From IMG/VR virus record IMGVR_UViG_3300014202_000046, positions 1 to 37,881 of that record: 37,881 nt of DNA; one strand, written 5' to 3'. The stretch's first letter is position 1, and each line of letters opens with the position of its first letter. The position numbers and the translations under genes were made by a program. This DNA comes from a virus. Its lineage: Duplodnaviria > Caudoviricetes. This document shows positions 37,228-37,881 of this stretch, one piece after another. Under the pieces are notes generated by a model. The model did no database searches. It saw only the letters and a list, made by a program, of their open reading frames with translations, and was not told the origin of the DNA.

Positions 37228-37447
37228 TGGTGACGGGGGTTTAAAGTCTCCCGTCCGACATATATTAACGTAAGGTGCATGTATCTAAGGGGAGTGTGGA
37301 AGCAGGATCGACCTGCTCACGAAATGACAAGACTCGAACTTGTGACTTGGGCGTTCAAGGCCCATGTTCTACCAACTGAACTACATCTCTACCACAAAGG
37401 TTGCTTAGATCTCTTGACCTAGTATGACGACCTTAATCACCCGTCAT
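37228..37447 (-). ncRNA. candidate ~220-nt structured RNA with paired ends, 3' CCA and an embedded tRNA-like domain
   Basis: 5' TGACGGGTGATTAAGGTC pairs with 3' GACTTTAAACCCCCGTCA (16 of 18 positions by eye, including one G-U), followed by CCA. Inner stems ATCTAAG/CTTAGAT and TGTGG/CCACA. Begins at the predicted TSS. Confidence 0.6.
37320..37390 (-). tRNA. tRNA-like cloverleaf with UGA anticodon (Ser-type anticodon, no long variable arm, no CCA), nested in the ncRNA candidate
   Basis: GAGATG-TA-GTTC-AGTTGGTA-GAAC-A-TGGGC-CTTGAAC-GCCCA-AGTC-ACAAG-TTCGAGT-CTTGT-CATTTC. Confidence 0.65.
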
Positions 37448-37454
37448 GCTAGTT

Positions 37455-37483
37455 ATTATACACCATCTGCCACAGGTTGTCAA
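37455..37483 (-). promoter_or_regulatory. consensus sigma70 promoter driving the RNA cassette and structural arm
   Basis: Exact TTGACA-17 nt-TATAAT. Confidence 0.88.
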
Positions 37484-37518
37484 GCACTATCGTATTTTCT
37501 TAGGTTGGAAGGTGTAGT

Positions 37519-37610
37519 ACTTAATTAATTAATATATGTATTATCTATTATAGATAATTAATGTATTAAGTATAGTAGTATATATTATATAAGTACTCTT
37601 TAATGTAATG
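37519..37610. other. very AT-rich, palindrome-rich non-coding tract
   Basis: TTAATTAATTAA, ATTATCTA-TTA-TAGATAAT inverted repeat, TATATATTATATA. Confidence 0.6.
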
Positions 37611-37764
37611 TGAGGTCCGGTACGGACGGTTCCATTAAAACGGGGTTACAACCCCTGTCCGGAGTCCCTAGACTCCTATCCAGAGTCCCGTTCTTAAGAA
37701 CAAGAAGCCATGAGAATTATACCCAAAAAGAGTATTATCTAATTCATACCCAATTCCTTTTATA

Positions 37765-37777
37765 TTTCAATAACTTA
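37765..37777 (+). promoter_or_regulatory. IHF-like binding site
   Basis: TTTCAATAACTTA versus consensus WATCAAnnnnTTR (one mismatch), with an upstream A/T tract. Confidence 0.45.
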
Positions 37778-37881
37778 TAATCGAATTCATCGGTTTAATC
37801 GATTTGGAGGTAATTAGATAATAATTAGCTTTTCGATAGAAATTTTCCAAAAGTTGTTCTGTTGTGAGGAGTGGCTATCTC

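Noticed and set aside
37350-37362. Opal suppressor or selenocysteine tRNA and stop-codon recoding
   Set aside because: The anticodon on the coding (-) strand is UGA, which reads UCA, not UCA. Genes end normally in TAA, TGA and TAG.
37228-37447. tmRNA interpretation (TCGGACGGG...ACCA end; AAGGTGCATG on the + strand)
   Set aside because: Too short, no G3:U70 Ala acceptor stem, no complete T-arm plus acceptor at the 3' end and no tag reading frame. The short matches may be chance.
37228-37447. Retron msr-msd suggested by the terminal inverted repeats
   Set aside because: No reverse transcriptase is encoded in the window.
1-37881. Prophage, integrase, CRISPR array or phage RNA polymerase
   Set aside because: None recognisable. 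No host genes flank the phage genes, though the genome continues beyond the window.

Overview
A large part of a dsDNA podovirus-type phage genome, with no RNA polymerase or integrase gene in the window. It has two converging arms. The + arm (1-16672) carries small early genes, a CobT-like VWA / CobS-like MoxR AAA+ pair, separate primase and helicase, a family A DNA polymerase split into two ORFs, an SSB candidate, a 5'-3' exonuclease, an endonuclease I-like resolvase, a metallophosphoesterase and a class II (B12-dependent) ribonucleotide reductase. The - arm (16767-37483) starts at a perfect sigma70 promoter and runs through an RNA cassette, two accessory virion-type genes, TerS, TerL, portal, scaffold, major capsid, adaptor, nozzle, short tail fibre, three ejection proteins, holin-like genes and nested spanins. 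This layout resembles Zobellviridae/cobavirus-like and LUZ24/PaP3-like podoviruses (inference, no search run). The spanins imply a Gram-negative host. The most striking unexplained element is a ~220-nt candidate structured RNA (37228-37447, - strand), the first thing transcribed from the late-arm promoter. Its two ends pair into a long stem finishing in CCA, and it encloses a full tRNA-like cloverleaf with a UGA anticodon but no serine variable arm. It is followed by a tRNA-Gln with a non-canonical GGCAGUA T-loop, then tRNA-Gly and tRNA-Thr. Other oddities: apparent frameshifts in the portal and in a gene between terS and terL, an HNH-endonuclease remnant, a degenerate polysaccharide deacetylase with an inserted beta-domain, and no visible endolysin.
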